DNA from: an uncultured Desulfurococcaceae archaeon
GTDB lineage: Archaea; Thermoproteota; Thermoprotei_A; Sulfolobales; NBVN01
DNA: 64,000 nucleotides
Direction of reading: 5' to 3'
NCBI GenBank assembly: GCA_964627805.1
Contig: CAZVLA010000030.1
Coordinates: 10,794-74,793, forward strand
In this document: in pieces, positions 9,957-20,535 of the stretch
Numbering within the stretch: position 1 is the first letter of the stretch
How the letters are laid out: every line of letters starts with the position of its first letter
Notes under the pieces: model-generated
The model's input: only the letters and a program-made list of their open reading frames with translations
Told to the model about the DNA's origin: nothing
Databases searched by the model: none
Program-made: the position numbers and the translations under genes

Positions 9957-10355
9957 ATGAAATATGAGGTACTTGTTAAGTCTTTAAAAATGAAGAACTT
10001 AAAATCATACATTAAGAGTATCGAAGAAAGAAGTAGAAGGAGAATTAGGAGGAGGTATCTAATTTTTGAAGTTATTGCGTTAAGTAGTTACAGCAAGGTA
10101 AGTCAGGATTACTTAAGCAAGTTAATTAAGGATTCCTATAGAGAGCTCTTCGGAACACTGGATACGTCATTAAGTGGTATCTCATTAATTACATATAACA
10201 ACGAGTTAAGAAGAGGGGTAATAAAGTTTAGAAGTGGGTACAAGGCCAAGCTCTTACTCTCGCTTGCATTAGCGCAGTATAGGGGAAGGATTATCTTAAG
10301 ACCCATAAGGACTACAGGAACCTTAAGGAAGGCTTTAAAGTATATGAAGGCTTAA
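9957..10355 (+). CDS. rnp2: RNase P protein component 2 (Pop5/Rpp14)
   Basis: RRRYLIFEVI...LFG...GVIKFRSGY...IRTTGTLRKA matches the Pop5 pattern. The ORF is open from TTG 9855, but the extra 34 aa are hydrophobic and unlike Pop5. ATG 9957 or ATG 9990 is preferred. Confidence 0.65.
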   Translation: MKYEVLVKSLKMKNLKSYIKSIEERSRRRIRRRYLIFEVIALSSYSKVSQDYLSKLIKDSYRELFGTLDTSLSGISLITYNNELRRGVIKFRSGYKAKLLLSLALAQYRGRIILRPIRTTGTLRKALKYMKA

Positions 10356-10390
10356 TTGACTCACCATCTAGTATGTTTAAGGTTAACTAA

Positions 10391-10440
10391 TCAGTTCGTC
10401 GCGAGCTCTTCATCCATCAATCTTGGAGCGGCTTCATCAT
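10391..10440 (-). ncRNA. C/D-box sRNA candidate (50 nt)
   Basis: The minus strand reads ATGATGA-AGCCGCTCCAAGA-TTGA-TGG-ATGAAGA-GCTCGCGACGAA-CTGA. This gives C, D'(UUGA), C'(AUGAAGA) and D boxes with 13- and 12-nt guides. A TATA-like CTTAAAATTAAATT lies about 30 nt upstream. Confidence 0.6.
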
Positions 10441-10534
10441 CTCACGTATACCGTAGCTTCCGAACTAATTTAATTTTAAGTATTACTTTACTATGCAAAA
10501 CGCTATTTAAGCCTCACAAAAACTTTAGTTAAGG

Positions 10535-10583
10535 ATGATGAAACCGTCAGTGAATGATTAGTGATTAGTGGGACCCTCACTGA
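10535..10583 (+). ncRNA. C/D-box sRNA candidate (49 nt)
   Basis: ATGATGA-AACCGTCAGTGA-ATGA-TTA-GTGATTA-GTGGGACCCTCA-CTGA has symmetric 12-nt spacers. A TATA-like CTATTTAAG is centred about 28 nt upstream. It ends 13 nt before the nop2-like ATG. Confidence 0.5.
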
Positions 10584-10596
10584 TTAGGTGCGTATA

Positions 10597-11778
10597 ATGA
10601 AGAGTAAGGAAATAATTAATTTACTAGGTGCTGTAGCGTACGAGGTAATAAGGAATCATGTATCTATAGATGTTGCTTTTAAAAGAGTATGTAAGGGTAA
10701 GTGCGCCCGCAACCTTAATGAGCGTGAGTACCTTTACAGTTTATGTAGGGATTTCATATCTAATTACGTAAAGCTTAAGTGCTTAGTAAGAAAGAGGAGA
10801 GTTAGCTTTAAATCCTTAGCTAGACTATGGCTTAAGTTACTAAATAACGAAGTAACTACTGAGGGGTTAAGTACTTGGTGTGAATTATCAATTAATAAGT
10901 GGTTTTTCGAGAAGTTAACCTCCTTAGTTGGTGAGGAAGAGGCTATAGAAGTAGTTAAAGCTATGAATAAGCGTGTATGGTGGTTAAGAGTAAATACGTT
11001 ACTCACTAATGAGGAGAAAGTGATTAAGGAATTAGAACGCGAAGGTGCTGAGCTCTTGATAGATAAGGATTATCCGTACATGCTTAAGCTACTTAAATCC
11101 CCTAAGCCAGTAAGGTTACTAAAGCCTGTTAAGGAGTTTAAAGTAATACCTCAGGATAAGGCATCAGCTGCCGTTGTTGAGTCCCTTAATCCAGAACCTA
11201 ATGATGTGATAGTTGACTTAACTGCCGCACCAGGTATTAAGACTTCATTAATAATGATGTTAACTGAGAATAAGGCTAGGGTAATAGCAGTTGATGTTAG
11301 CCTAAAGAGAATTAAAATAATGAAGTCACTGCTAAGGAAGTTAGGTGTTGACTTAAGTAAGGTTGAGTTAATACTTAGTGATGGTGTAAAGTTCAAGTTG
11401 AGGAGTGAAGTAGATAAGTTACTTCTTGACGCACCTTGCAGTAATAGTGGTGCCGTAAGTAAGGATCCAGCACTAAAGGTACTAATAAGTGAGGATAAGG
11501 TTAGGAGGCACTCCATACTTCAGAAGAAGCTAATCGTTAATGCTGTTAAGTTATCAAGCTACGTAGTGTATTCAACGTGTTCACTAATGCCTGAGGAGGG
11601 TGAGTACGTAATCGAGTACGTGATTGAATCGTGCGGCAATATTAGACTAGAACGACCGATTAAGTGGGCTGAAACAGGCTATAAGTGCGTTAGTAAGGTG
11701 TGGAACCTAGTATCTAGGCTAATGCCTCATAAACACGGAACCGAGGGGTTTTTTGTAGCTAAGTTAATTAGGGATTAG
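10597..11778 (+). CDS. NOL1/NOP2/Sun-family RNA (cytosine-5) methyltransferase
   Basis: DLTAAPGIKTS (SAM site), LLDAPCSNSG and VYSTCSL catalytic Cys motifs. ATG 10597 has AGGTG 6 nt upstream. GTG 10588 is the ORF-track start. Confidence 0.85.
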   Translation: MKSKEIINLLGAVAYEVIRNHVSIDVAFKRVCKGKCARNLNEREYLYSLCRDFISNYVKLKCLVRKRRVSFKSLARLWLKLLNNEVTTEGLSTWCELSINKWFFEKLTSLVGEEEAIEVVKAMNKRVWWLRVNTLLTNEEKVIKELEREGAELLIDKDYPYMLKLLKSPKPVRLLKPVKEFKVIPQDKASAAVVESLNPEPNDVIVDLTAAPGIKTSLIMMLTENKARVIAVDVSLKRIKIMKSLLRKLGVDLSKVELILSDGVKFKLRSEVDKLLLDAPCSNSGAVSKDPALKVLISEDKVRRHSILQKKLIVNAVKLSSYVVYSTCSLMPEEGEYVIEYVIESCGNIRLERPIKWAETGYKCVSKVWNLVSRLMPHKHGTEGFFVAKLIRD

Positions 11779-12235
11779 TAACTAGTTTCTGAACTTTATA
11801 CGCAATAAATATTGCTAATCCATTCAATCCCTTCTTAAAGTCGTTAATTAGGTCCCTATTAAGGTCCTTAGCAGCCTTATCGGCTCTTACAGCTATGGTA
11901 CTAGGTGATGTGTAATTAGATTTCCTGACAATTATCCGTGTCGGATCCTCGTAAGTTAATTTACTACTCCCATAAGCCCTAATAACGTCGTAGTTACCTA
12001 GCTCGCTTACTAATATAATCAATACTAACGCATCATCGCTTAAGGCAATCTCCTTGAACTCCCTACGAAAATCTTTTAAACCTTTACTAGCGCAGACCCC
12101 AATTATGCAGTCGCCACGCGGTGTTAAGTAGTCCTCACGGGTGATCTCAAAGGTTGTCGGGTGTGTGGCTCTTATATTCTTGTGCCCCCTGAAACAAACA
12201 ATCTCCATAGATACCTTACAACTACATTTATCCAT
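11768..12235 (-). CDS. DUF371-family protein
   Basis: FRGHKNIRATHPTTFEITREDYLTPRGDCIIGV matches the DUF371 signature as I recall it. Confidence 0.65.
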   Translation of the reverse strand: MDKCSCKVSMEIVCFRGHKNIRATHPTTFEITREDYLTPRGDCIIGVCASKGLKDFRREFKEIALSDDALVLIILVSELGNYDVIRAYGSSKLTYEDPTRIIVRKSNYTSPSTIAVRADKAAKDLNRDLINDFKKGLNGLAIFIAYKVQKLVTNP

Positions 12236-12276
12236 AATACCTTCCGTTAGTCTAATGTTTAGGGGGGAGTATTTAA

Positions 12277-12948
12277 GTGAGAGGTAATGACTTCCTAAGG
12301 CAACGTAAGGAATTAGTTGATAAGCTAGTGAGTGAGGGCATATTGAGGTCAGAGAAGGTAATAAGAGCCATGCTTAAGGTACCTAGAGAGGAGTTCGTAC
12401 CTCCACAATACAGGAAATACGCATACTACGATACCCCCTTACCAATAGGTTATGGTCAGACCATAAGCGCACCTCATATGGTAGCTATAATGACTGAAGA
12501 ACTAGATCCTAACCCGGGTGATAAAGTTCTTGAGGTAGGTACTGGGAGTGGTTATCAAGCAGCAGTTATAGCTGAAATCGTAGGTGATGAGGGTCACGTA
12601 TGGAGTATTGAGAGAATAGAGGAGCTAGCTAACTACGCTCGAGAGGCATTGAGGAGAACATCATACATAAGTAGAGTGACTGTAATAGTAGGTGATGGTA
12701 GTAAGGGATACCCTCCTGAGGCACCATATGACAGGATAATAGTAACTGCAGCATCACCAGATATACCAGAACCACTAATACGGCAACTTAAGGTCGGTGG
12801 AGTTATAGTCATACCAGTAGGTAATAGATTCTCTCAAAGATTAGTTAAGGCAGTGAAATTACCTGGAGGTAGTCTTAAGAAGCGGTATGGTGTGCCCTGC
12901 GTCTTCGTACCCTTAGTAGGTGAGTATGGCTTCCCAAATGAGTTATAA
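12277..12948 (+). CDS. pcm: protein-L-isoaspartate O-methyltransferase
   Basis: [23 protein letters not shown] and VIVIPVG motifs; GTG start. Confidence 0.9.
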   Translation: MRGNDFLRQRKELVDKLVSEGILRSEKVIRAMLKVPREEFVPPQYRKYAYYDTPLPIGYGQTISAPHMVAIMTEELDPNPGDKVLEVGTGSGYQAAVIAEIVGDEGHVWSIERIEELANYAREALRRTSYISRVTVIVGDGSKGYPPEAPYDRIIVTAASPDIPEPLIRQLKVGGVIVIPVGNRFSQRLVKAVKLPGGSLKKRYGVPCVFVPLVGEYGFPNEL

Positions 12949-13020
12949 TTAACTAAGTAAGTAACTGGTGGCAGAACGCTTTTAAGCCTCAGAATAATAA
13001 TGACGTCAGCAGGTGATGAT

Positions 13021-13668
13021 ATGCCCGAGTTCAAAGTAGTGGTTAACGACCCCGAGGCTAAGGATCCGCACCCAGTACTAGTTAAGGTAGTTGGTAAGGA
13101 TGATATTGAGTATAGTGAGAAGCATAAAGAGGGTAAGGAATTTATCATAGGTAAGATAAATCCTAAGACAGCTAAATTAATTAACGCACCCTACGGCATA
13201 GTTACTCTAAGGATATGGAAGAATAGAGCTAATAGGGAGAAAGTTAATATAACGTTAAAACTTATTGAAGATAATGACGTACCTGAACACACCTTATATG
13301 TTCCCAAAAATCTATTAATAGAGAAGCTAGGTACAGAGGAGACCTTAGGGGAGGTCTTTAGGGCTAAAGCATTTCAGATAACAGTAACTGGTGAAAAGGC
13401 CTCTGTCTTCCTAGAGAAGAAGATAGGTGACTTAGTAGATGCTTCAGTAGTCGGTATTAAAGGTAAGAAGTTGCTAATAACAGGAGGTAGCGACTTTGCA
13501 GGCTTCCCTATGATACCTACATTACCCGGTACTGGTAAGAGGGCACTCTTACTCTCAAACCCTCCAGGATTCCATCCTAGGAATAAGGGAGAGCGTAGGA
13601 GGAAGTTCGTAAGAGGCAACACAATAAGTGATGAGATAGTTCAAATAAATACTAAGTTAGTTGATTAA
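13021..13668 (+). CDS. rps6e: 30S ribosomal protein S6e
   Basis: MPEFKVVVNDP... and the GFPM...RKFVRGN pattern match eS6. The ORF track starts at 13000, but the TATA-like CTTTTAAGCC at 12979-12988 favours ATG 13021. Confidence 0.85.
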   Translation: MPEFKVVVNDPEAKDPHPVLVKVVGKDDIEYSEKHKEGKEFIIGKINPKTAKLINAPYGIVTLRIWKNRANREKVNITLKLIEDNDVPEHTLYVPKNLLIEKLGTEETLGEVFRAKAFQITVTGEKASVFLEKKIGDLVDASVVGIKGKKLLITGGSDFAGFPMIPTLPGTGKRALLLSNPPGFHPRNKGERRRKFVRGNTISDEIVQINTKLVD

Positions 13669-14108
13669 TCAGTCATAACTACCTCGACTTCTTTAAGTGA
13701 TGCCCCTTTAGGGCATTTAATACGTCTTAGGACCTTCAAGATCTTAACCTTACAGGTATTTGGAAGTAATCTGGGATTACATAGACTGTAGTAGGGGCAT
13801 GAGTTATTACTGCATACTCTCCTCTCATACTTAACGGTCATACCTTCAATAGCTAAGCTAGTAGGTAGTAGTACTTTAATAGGTTCCTCAACAACCTCAA
13901 CGGTCACTACGTACTCATTAAGTGGGCACCTATTCTTAATGTTCAATACCTTAACCACCCTATACACATGCCCCTTCTTAAGTCTGTCGATGCAGACCTT
14001 CCTAAACCTACATCCCTCACATACGGGTGCGCCACCAGAGAATACGAATACATGACCTTCCTTAGCTACTAAGTGACTTATCAGTGTTATCAGTCCCACA
14101 TCAACCAC
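13665..14108 (-). CDS. UPF0179-family Cys-rich protein
   Basis: GHVFVFSGGAPVCEGCRFRKVCIDRL... and further Cys pairs. It converges on rps6e with a 4-nt overlap. Confidence 0.6.
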   Translation of the reverse strand: MVDVGLITLISHLVAKEGHVFVFSGGAPVCEGCRFRKVCIDRLKKGHVYRVVKVLNIKNRCPLNEYVVTVEVVEEPIKVLLPTSLAIEGMTVKYERRVCSNNSCPYYSLCNPRLLPNTCKVKILKVLRRIKCPKGASLKEVEVVMTD

Positions 14109-14165
14109 CCCGTAGGTACTTAGACCTTAATTGAGGTAAAAACTTAATGACTAGGTATTGCACCC

Positions 14166-15221
14166 CTAAGGAATAACTCCAGTAACTCTAGCCAGCTTCT
14201 CTGCAGCTTCCCAAGTAAGTCCGGACTCACCTAATATGGTGTATCTCTCAGGTCTTATCTTATGGGCTATGGTTAATGCCTTTATTATATCAACGTCCCT
14301 AACCCCTAACTCCTTAGCTGTAGTAGGTAACCCTAATTTCTTAACTATACTCTTAATCCTCCTCCACTTAATACCGTGCAAGTACGACATCATTATAGTG
14401 CCTACAGCTACTTGCTCACCGTGTAATGCAGGGTAATTAGCTACCAAGTCAAGAGCGTGACTAAAGAGGTGCTCAGAACCGCTAGCAGGTCTTGATGAAC
14501 CAGCAATGCACATAGCTGTTGATGAGCTTATTAGCGCCTCAACGACTATCCTCGTTGCTTCGGCACCGCCAGCTGATATTAAGTTACTGAAGTTAAGTAT
14601 GTGCTTAGCTGATAGGAGGGAAAGTGAGGCAGCGTACTCACCATAGTACTCACCCTTAAGTCTATGGGCTAACCTCCAGTCCAGAACAGCTGTGAACTTA
14701 CCTATTAAATCACCAGCTCCAGCCCTCAGAAGCCTCTTGGGCGCCCTAGAAATTACCTTAATATCAGCTACGATAGCTATTGGTGGTTTAGCCTTAACGG
14801 ACGTTACCCTACCGGATCCCCTCAGTGAAACGAAGGGTGAGGCAACACCATCGTGTGATGCTGCAGTTGGGACACTTATGTAAGGTATGTTAAGTTTAGT
14901 AGCTACGTACTTAGCTATGTCTATTGACTTACCACCTCCAATGCCGATTACTACTGATGCTTTATGATCATTGACCATAGGTACTACAGACTCAGCCTCA
15001 TCCACCGTGGGTTTCCTAACTACCGCGACATCCGCATTAAATCCCTCACTAACTAACTTACTACACACATCATCAGTTATTAATGACTTAACAGTAGGTC
15101 CAGTAATTATGAATACCCTCCTACCTAGCCTAAGCTCATTAATTATCTTACCTAATTCAGTAATTACGTCATCACCTATGACGACCTTCTTAGGTAATTC
15201 AATGTAGTGTTTACTGCTCAT
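14166..15221 (-). CDS. egsA: glycerol-1-phosphate dehydrogenase [NAD(P)+]
   Basis: [21 protein letters not shown] and [10 protein letters not shown]...HGEQVA metal-ligand motifs of the archaeal G1PDH family. Confidence 0.9.
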   Translation of the reverse strand: MSSKHYIELPKKVVIGDDVITELGKIINELRLGRRVFIITGPTVKSLITDDVCSKLVSEGFNADVAVVRKPTVDEAESVVPMVNDHKASVVIGIGGGKSIDIAKYVATKLNIPYISVPTAASHDGVASPFVSLRGSGRVTSVKAKPPIAIVADIKVISRAPKRLLRAGAGDLIGKFTAVLDWRLAHRLKGEYYGEYAASLSLLSAKHILNFSNLISAGGAEATRIVVEALISSSTAMCIAGSSRPASGSEHLFSHALDLVANYPALHGEQVAVGTIMMSYLHGIKWRRIKSIVKKLGLPTTAKELGVRDVDIIKALTIAHKIRPERYTILGESGLTWEAAEKLARVTGVIP

Positions 15222-15308
15222 CGCGTAACCTCAACCTCAAGCAGAAATACTTATTATTCTAATAAGGCTTTAAGAGGAGTCGGAGCAAGCTTCTGAGGTG
15301 CTCACATC

Positions 15309-15899
15309 ATGAGGTTGCTACACGGAACAACAACAGTAGGGCTGGTAGTGAAGGACGCGGTGGTACTAGCTGCTGATAAGAGAGCTAGTTCAGGTTACTA
15401 CATAGCTCATAAAGCAGTAAGGAAGATAGTTAAGATCGATGACCACATAGCAATGACTATCTCAGGATTAGTAGCTGATGCTCAGATGTTGGCATCACTA
15501 TTAAGGTACGTAGCTAATGACTATAAGGTATCGACGGGGGTTAAGATCCCAGTTAAGAATATAGTTTCCTACCTCTCACTACTACTGAATAGCACTAAGT
15601 ACTATCCATACATAGTTCAGTTACTAGTAGGTGGTTACGACACAGCACCTAGGCTATACTCAGTTAGTTGGTTCGGTGACTACGTTGAGGAGAAGTACGC
15701 AGTAACGGGTTCAGGATCAACTGTAGCTATAGGTGTTCTCGAGTCTGAATATAGTGAGGATATGAGTGTTGAGGAAGCCATTAAATTAGCCGTTAAGGCG
15801 GTTAGGGCATCCATTAGGAGGGACGTATTTACGGGGGAAGCTGTTGATGTAGCAGTAATTACAAATTCCGGGATTAAATTCATGAATTTCCCGAGGTAG
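15309..15899 (+). CDS. psmB: proteasome subunit beta
   Basis: A short propeptide (MRLLHG) precedes the catalytic TTTVGL. The GSGS motif is present. Confidence 0.9.
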   Translation: MRLLHGTTTVGLVVKDAVVLAADKRASSGYYIAHKAVRKIVKIDDHIAMTISGLVADAQMLASLLRYVANDYKVSTGVKIPVKNIVSYLSLLLNSTKYYPYIVQLLVGGYDTAPRLYSVSWFGDYVEEKYAVTGSGSTVAIGVLESEYSEDMSVEEAIKLAVKAVRASIRRDVFTGEAVDVAVITNSGIKFMNFPR

Positions 15900-15907
15900 C
15901 TTAGGTT

Positions 15908-17845
15908 ATGGTGATAATAGATAAGGTAAGAGCTAAGATAAGGGAGGAGATCTTTAAGAGAATACCTCCTGAGGCTCAATTAACTAAGATAGAGTTTGAA
16001 GGACCTGAGATAGCGATATATGTGAAGAATGTTAAGTTCATAATAGAGCGTGAGGATATAATAAAGACTCTTGCTAAGACATTAAGGAAGAGAATAGTAG
16101 TTAGGGTTGATGAGAGCGCTCGATTACCTGAGCATGAGGCATTTAAGAAGATACAGTCGATACTTCCTGAAGACGTTAAGTTATCTAGGGATGACATAAC
16201 ATTTGATAGAGTGCTTGGTGAGGTATTCATAAGGACCCTAGAACCTAGGAAGTTCTACCAAGACGATAAGTTACTCTATAGGATGATATTCCAATTAACT
16301 GGTTGGAGACCAGTAATAATTAGGAAACCACCACTAAGGTCTAAAATACTTGAGGAGGCCTTAGGCTACATAATATCGCAGTCCGATGAGAGGATAAGAA
16401 TACTTAGAGCCGTTGGTGAGAGAATACATCGTGAGGTACTCTTCAAAGATCAGTATGTCAGAGTTACAGCCTTGGGAGGTTTCCTTGAGGTAGGTCGTTC
16501 AGCTATACTTGTTGAGACTTCAGAGTCTAGGATACTGCTTGACTTCGGATTTAACCCAAGTGCACCATCACCTAGACAGTCAATGCCTAGACTTGATGCC
16601 TTAGGTATTAAGCCTGAAGAAATTGATGCTGTAGTAGTTACTCACGCGCACCTAGATCATTGCGGATTAATACCTTTCCTCTTCAAGTACGGTTATGAGG
16701 GCCCTGTCTACACCACGAGAGCTACTAGGGATTTAATGGTTCTCCTACAGTACGACCTAATGCAGATATCTGAGAGAGAGGGTAGGGTACTACCGTTTAA
16801 GAAGAAGGACGTCCTTAAGGCCTTACTACATACCATACCTTTGAGGTACGGTGAAGTAACTGACATAACATCCGACGTTAGGTTAACACTCTACGATGCT
16901 GGGCACATACTAGGCTCAGCTATGGTTCACCTGCACATAGGTAATGGACTACATAACATAGTCTATACAGGCGACTTCAAATTCGGTAGGACTAGATTAC
17001 TTAATAAAGCAAATACTACATTCCCAAGGGTAGATACCTTAATAATGGAGTCAACATACGGAGGCGTCGTTCAGAAATCTAGGGAGGAGGCTGAGAATGA
17101 GTTCATATCACTAATTAAGAAGACTATTGAACGTAAGGGTAAGGTACTAATACCCTCATTAGCTGTTGGTAGGGCTCAAGAGATCATGGTTATAATAGCG
17201 TATGCTATGAACTCAGGTAAGTTACCTGAGGTTCCGGTATATATTGAGGGTATGATTAATGAAGTAACTGCTATACATACAGCCTACCCGGAGTTATTAT
17301 CGCGTGAGTTACGTGAGAAAATATACTCCGGTGAGAACCCATTCATGCACCCAGCATTTAAGATAATGGAGGATAGGACTGCAAGGACTGAGATTGTGGA
17401 GTCCGAGGAACCATGCATAATAATAGCTACTTCAGGAATGCTTACTGGAGGACCTGCAGTTGAGTACTTCAGGTTGATGGCTCCAGACCCCAAGAACATG
17501 CTCATATTCGTTAACTACCAAGTAGAGGGTACCTTAGGTAGGAAGGTTAAGGATGGTCTCAAGGAAGTTAACTTAATCGTTGGTGATAGAATCGAGACCG
17601 TGAAGATAGCTATGGAGATACACGCCATTGAGGGCTTCTCAGGTCATTCGGACCATAGGCAGTTACTTGCGTTCCTAGCTAACATGAATCCAAAGCCTAG
17701 GAGAATTATACTGAACCACGGTGAGCCACAAGCAATAGCTACATTAGCGAGGTCAATAAATAAGAAATTAAAAGGTAAGGCACTACCTAGCGACGTCGAA
17801 ATACATATACCTAGGGTACTTGATTCCTTAGCCTTAGTAATTTAG
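15908..17845 (+). CDS. aCPSF1 (KH domains plus metallo-beta-lactamase/beta-CASP ribonuclease)
   Basis: 645 aa with N-terminal KH-like repeats and the HAHLDHCG motif. The conserved psmB-aCPSF1 adjacency is present. Confidence 0.9.
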   Translation: MVIIDKVRAKIREEIFKRIPPEAQLTKIEFEGPEIAIYVKNVKFIIEREDIIKTLAKTLRKRIVVRVDESARLPEHEAFKKIQSILPEDVKLSRDDITFDRVLGEVFIRTLEPRKFYQDDKLLYRMIFQLTGWRPVIIRKPPLRSKILEEALGYIISQSDERIRILRAVGERIHREVLFKDQYVRVTALGGFLEVGRSAILVETSESRILLDFGFNPSAPSPRQSMPRLDALGIKPEEIDAVVVTHAHLDHCGLIPFLFKYGYEGPVYTTRATRDLMVLLQYDLMQISEREGRVLPFKKKDVLKALLHTIPLRYGEVTDITSDVRLTLYDAGHILGSAMVHLHIGNGLHNIVYTGDFKFGRTRLLNKANTTFPRVDTLIMESTYGGVVQKSREEAENEFISLIKKTIERKGKVLIPSLAVGRAQEIMVIIAYAMNSGKLPEVPVYIEGMINEVTAIHTAYPELLSRELREKIYSGENPFMHPAFKIMEDRTARTEIVESEEPCIIIATSGMLTGGPAVEYFRLMAPDPKNMLIFVNYQVEGTLGRKVKDGLKEVNLIVGDRIETVKIAMEIHAIEGFSGHSDHRQLLAFLANMNPKPRRIILNHGEPQAIATLARSINKKLKGKALPSDVEIHIPRVLDSLALVI

Positions 17846-17850
17846 GAGTC

Positions 17851-18888
17851 TTAAAGAGCGACGGAATCCCTACCGATAGTACTTATTAACTTATCAACAC
17901 ATGCCCTATCCTTACAAAACACGGATACATTACCTAACTTAACCCTACTTAGGCCGTAATTCTTAAGTATCTTAAACGCTGAAACCATCTCATCGTACGT
18001 GGGTTCCCTAGCGTTCCTCAATCGGTACTCGGGGAAGAAGGCAAGTAACATTACTGGTATGTCCTTCCTAACATTAGCTAGTAACTCCGCGAAACCTTCA
18101 ATTTCCTTCAACTCGACCATACCAGGTATGTAAAGTAGTACTACCTCAAGCACTATATCTACGTCAACTATTAACTCAGGTAGCTTAAGCACCCACTCGT
18201 TAGTTGTCCCGCATAATACGTAGTAAGTATCCCTACTGTAGGCCTTCATATCTAACCAAATGGAGTCTAGGCCGGCCTCATATAGTGCCTCAAGATTCTT
18301 AGGTGTTAGTCCGTAACCATTAGTCTCTATATGTATCCATATATCAGGGACCTCCTTCTTAATTAGTTTAAATGACCTAACATAGAAGTCTGGTTGGCAG
18401 TATAGATCCCCACCAGTAAATGATACTATGTTCCTCGCAGGCCCCCAACCCTGGGGTGATAGGATTACCTTATCCTTACTTAGTATCTTAGGGCAGTACG
18501 GACCCTCCTTACCGATTAACTTACAGTAACCGCAGTGTGCGCAGATATCTGATGCGTGCCACATAGTAGCTCTATCCCTAGGCTCCTTAACAGTAATTAA
18601 CTCACTATACCTAATCACTTCATTAAGTATGTCCTTAGGTGAGTACCAAGAACCTCTAGCAAACTGCGTGAAGTACCAACTATGGCACATAGCGCACTTA
18701 TGATTACAGCAACTCTGATAAATTGATAGGTAATCCTCAGGTCTGGATAATACAATATCATACACTAACCTGTAAACCTCATTACCGACCCTAAACAACC
18801 CAAGTTCACACGGAGTTCCTAAGCCCCCACTACCCTCAACTAAGTTATTACAAGGTGCGAAGCCCTGCTTAACTAGGTTGCAAGGCAT
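17851..18888 (-). CDS. radical SAM protein (activase-like, with an additional Cys cluster)
   Basis: CNHKCAMCHSWY (CxxxCxxC) plus CAHCGYCKL...YCP. Confidence 0.7.
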   Translation of the reverse strand: MPCNLVKQGFAPCNNLVEGSGGLGTPCELGLFRVGNEVYRLVYDIVLSRPEDYLSIYQSCCNHKCAMCHSWYFTQFARGSWYSPKDILNEVIRYSELITVKEPRDRATMWHASDICAHCGYCKLIGKEGPYCPKILSKDKVILSPQGWGPARNIVSFTGGDLYCQPDFYVRSFKLIKKEVPDIWIHIETNGYGLTPKNLEALYEAGLDSIWLDMKAYSRDTYYVLCGTTNEWVLKLPELIVDVDIVLEVVLLYIPGMVELKEIEGFAELLANVRKDIPVMLLAFFPEYRLRNAREPTYDEMVSAFKILKNYGLSRVKLGNVSVFCKDRACVDKLISTIGRDSVAL

Positions 18889-19002
18889 AATACCTCAGAA
18901 TAATCTAACGTTACTAAGTAATTATAAGTTAAGTACTAACTAGAGAAGCATGAATTCAAGGTAATAATAGTTTTAAGCTCTCAGTGTTTAGTGGTTGGTG
19001 GT

Positions 19003-19079
<77 letters not shown>

Positions 19080-19191
19080 CACCACCCCTAACCTCTTTAC
19101 CGCATGTAGTCCTGTACTACTATTCCTAAACACACATTATGTACTCCATTATTCATTGGTATCTTCCCTAGTCTTTATCGTTTTGTACTGA

Positions 19192-19704
19192 TTACCTTCT
19201 TAAGTAATTAATTATTAATTTCCATACCTTATCACCTGCGTAGTGTAGGTTCTTAATAGCTTTACCGCGCTTCCTTACCTTAACCTCATCAGAACTTAGG
19301 AGTGCCTTACCGATAACTATAGGGGATCTCTTACTTGGTTCCCAAACTGCAAGTACGTCACCTTCACTAAAGTTAGATAGTTCTGTAATACCTGGAATCA
19401 TTACGTCAGCACCATTAAGTAAGTGCTTAATAGCACCCTCATCAACAACGACATAAGGTAGTGAGTTTAAACCAACCTTCTTAACTACGTATAGAGTAGG
19501 TATTAACTCACCTTTAACAGTCGTGAGTATTGGCTCCTCACCTAAGCATATAAGCTCAGTCTCACCATCCCTAACGTAGTACCCGACCTTAACATCCTTA
19601 ACGAACTCATAGATATTACTGTATTTACTCTTAATAAGCTCCTTATACCAACGTAAATCCTTCTTTCTCATAGGTAGTATCCTCAACTCAGTAATCACCA
19701 CCAC
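19192..19704 (-). CDS. PUA-domain RNA-binding protein (MCT-1/Tma20-like, COG2016 type)
   Basis: C-terminal LLNGADVMIPGI...GDVLAV PUA pattern; 170 aa. Confidence 0.6.
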   Translation of the reverse strand: MVVITELRILPMRKKDLRWYKELIKSKYSNIYEFVKDVKVGYYVRDGETELICLGEEPILTTVKGELIPTLYVVKKVGLNSLPYVVVDEGAIKHLLNGADVMIPGITELSNFSEGDVLAVWEPSKRSPIVIGKALLSSDEVKVRKRGKAIKNLHYAGDKVWKLIINYLRR

Positions 19705-19773
19705 ATAAACGTAGTAAGTTATTAAACGTATAACTTTTAAGTTAAGAATACCCTACACTTTGGGAGTACCGAT

Positions 19774-20001
19774 ATGAGTGATGCAGCCCAGAGGTTACTG
19801 AGTGAGAATATAGGATCGTTAGTCTTAGTGAAGTTAAGGGGTAATAGATTATTAAGGGGTAAGTTAAGGAGCTTTGACCAACACCTAAACATAGTACTAG
19901 AGGATGCGGACGAGATTATGGAGGGAGGCGGGACTAAGAAATTAGGTACAGTAATAATTAGGGGGGAGAACGTAATACTAGTCTCACCAGCTGAGAGGTG
20001 A
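19774..20001 (+). CDS. Sm-like (LSm) archaeal protein
   Basis: VLVKLRGNRLLRGKLRSFDQHLNIVLEDA...IIRGENVILVS contains Sm1 and Sm2 motifs. Confidence 0.9.
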   Translation: MSDAAQRLLSENIGSLVLVKLRGNRLLRGKLRSFDQHLNIVLEDADEIMEGGGTKKLGTVIIRGENVILVSPAER

Positions 20002-20007
20002 TGTTAA

Positions 20008-20193
20008 ATGAAGGGCACACCATCAATGGGTAAGCACGGAAGGAGTAAGTCACACATAAGATGTAGGAGATGCGGTAGGCACGCATTTAACGTAGCTAAG
20101 GGCTACTGTGCGGCATGCGGCTTCGGTAGGTCTAAGAGAATAAGAAAGTATTCATGGTCTTCAAGGAAAGTAAATAGAAAAAGGATAAGGTAA
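20008..20193 (+). CDS. rpl37e: 50S ribosomal protein L37e
   Basis: [22 protein letters not shown]...CAACGFG zinc ribbon; directly after Sm, as is usual in archaea. Confidence 0.9.
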   Translation: MKGTPSMGKHGRSKSHIRCRRCGRHAFNVAKGYCAACGFGRSKRIRKYSWSSRKVNRKRIR

Positions 20194-20257
20194 TCTTAAG
20201 TAGGTAAGAGATAATACCTTAACACACCCCATAGTAGTAAGGGGGCGATAGAGGGAG

Positions 20258-20518
20258 TTGACCATAAGGAAGATAGTTCTTGACGTATTAAAACCACTTA
20301 AAGGCCCCTCAATAGTCGAGTTAGCTCAATCACTAAGTGATAGTGAGGGAGTTAATAAAGTAACTATAACGGTTAATGAAATAGACGTTGAGACAATAAC
20401 ACTAACTATAACTATTGAAGGACCAAACATAGATTTTGAATCAATTAGGAACATTATTGAGAGGTTAGGAGGAGTAATACATAGTGTAGACCAAGTGGTT
20501 GCTGAGTCCGGTCGTTAA
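20258..20518 (+). CDS. DUF211-family protein
   Basis: IRKIVLDVLKP...VNKVTITVNEIDVETITLTITIEG...GGVIHSVDQV matches the DUF211 pattern; TTG start. Confidence 0.65.
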   Translation: MTIRKIVLDVLKPLKGPSIVELAQSLSDSEGVNKVTITVNEIDVETITLTITIEGPNIDFESIRNIIERLGGVIHSVDQVVAESGR

Positions 20519-20535
20519 GGGAGGACTGAAGTAGT

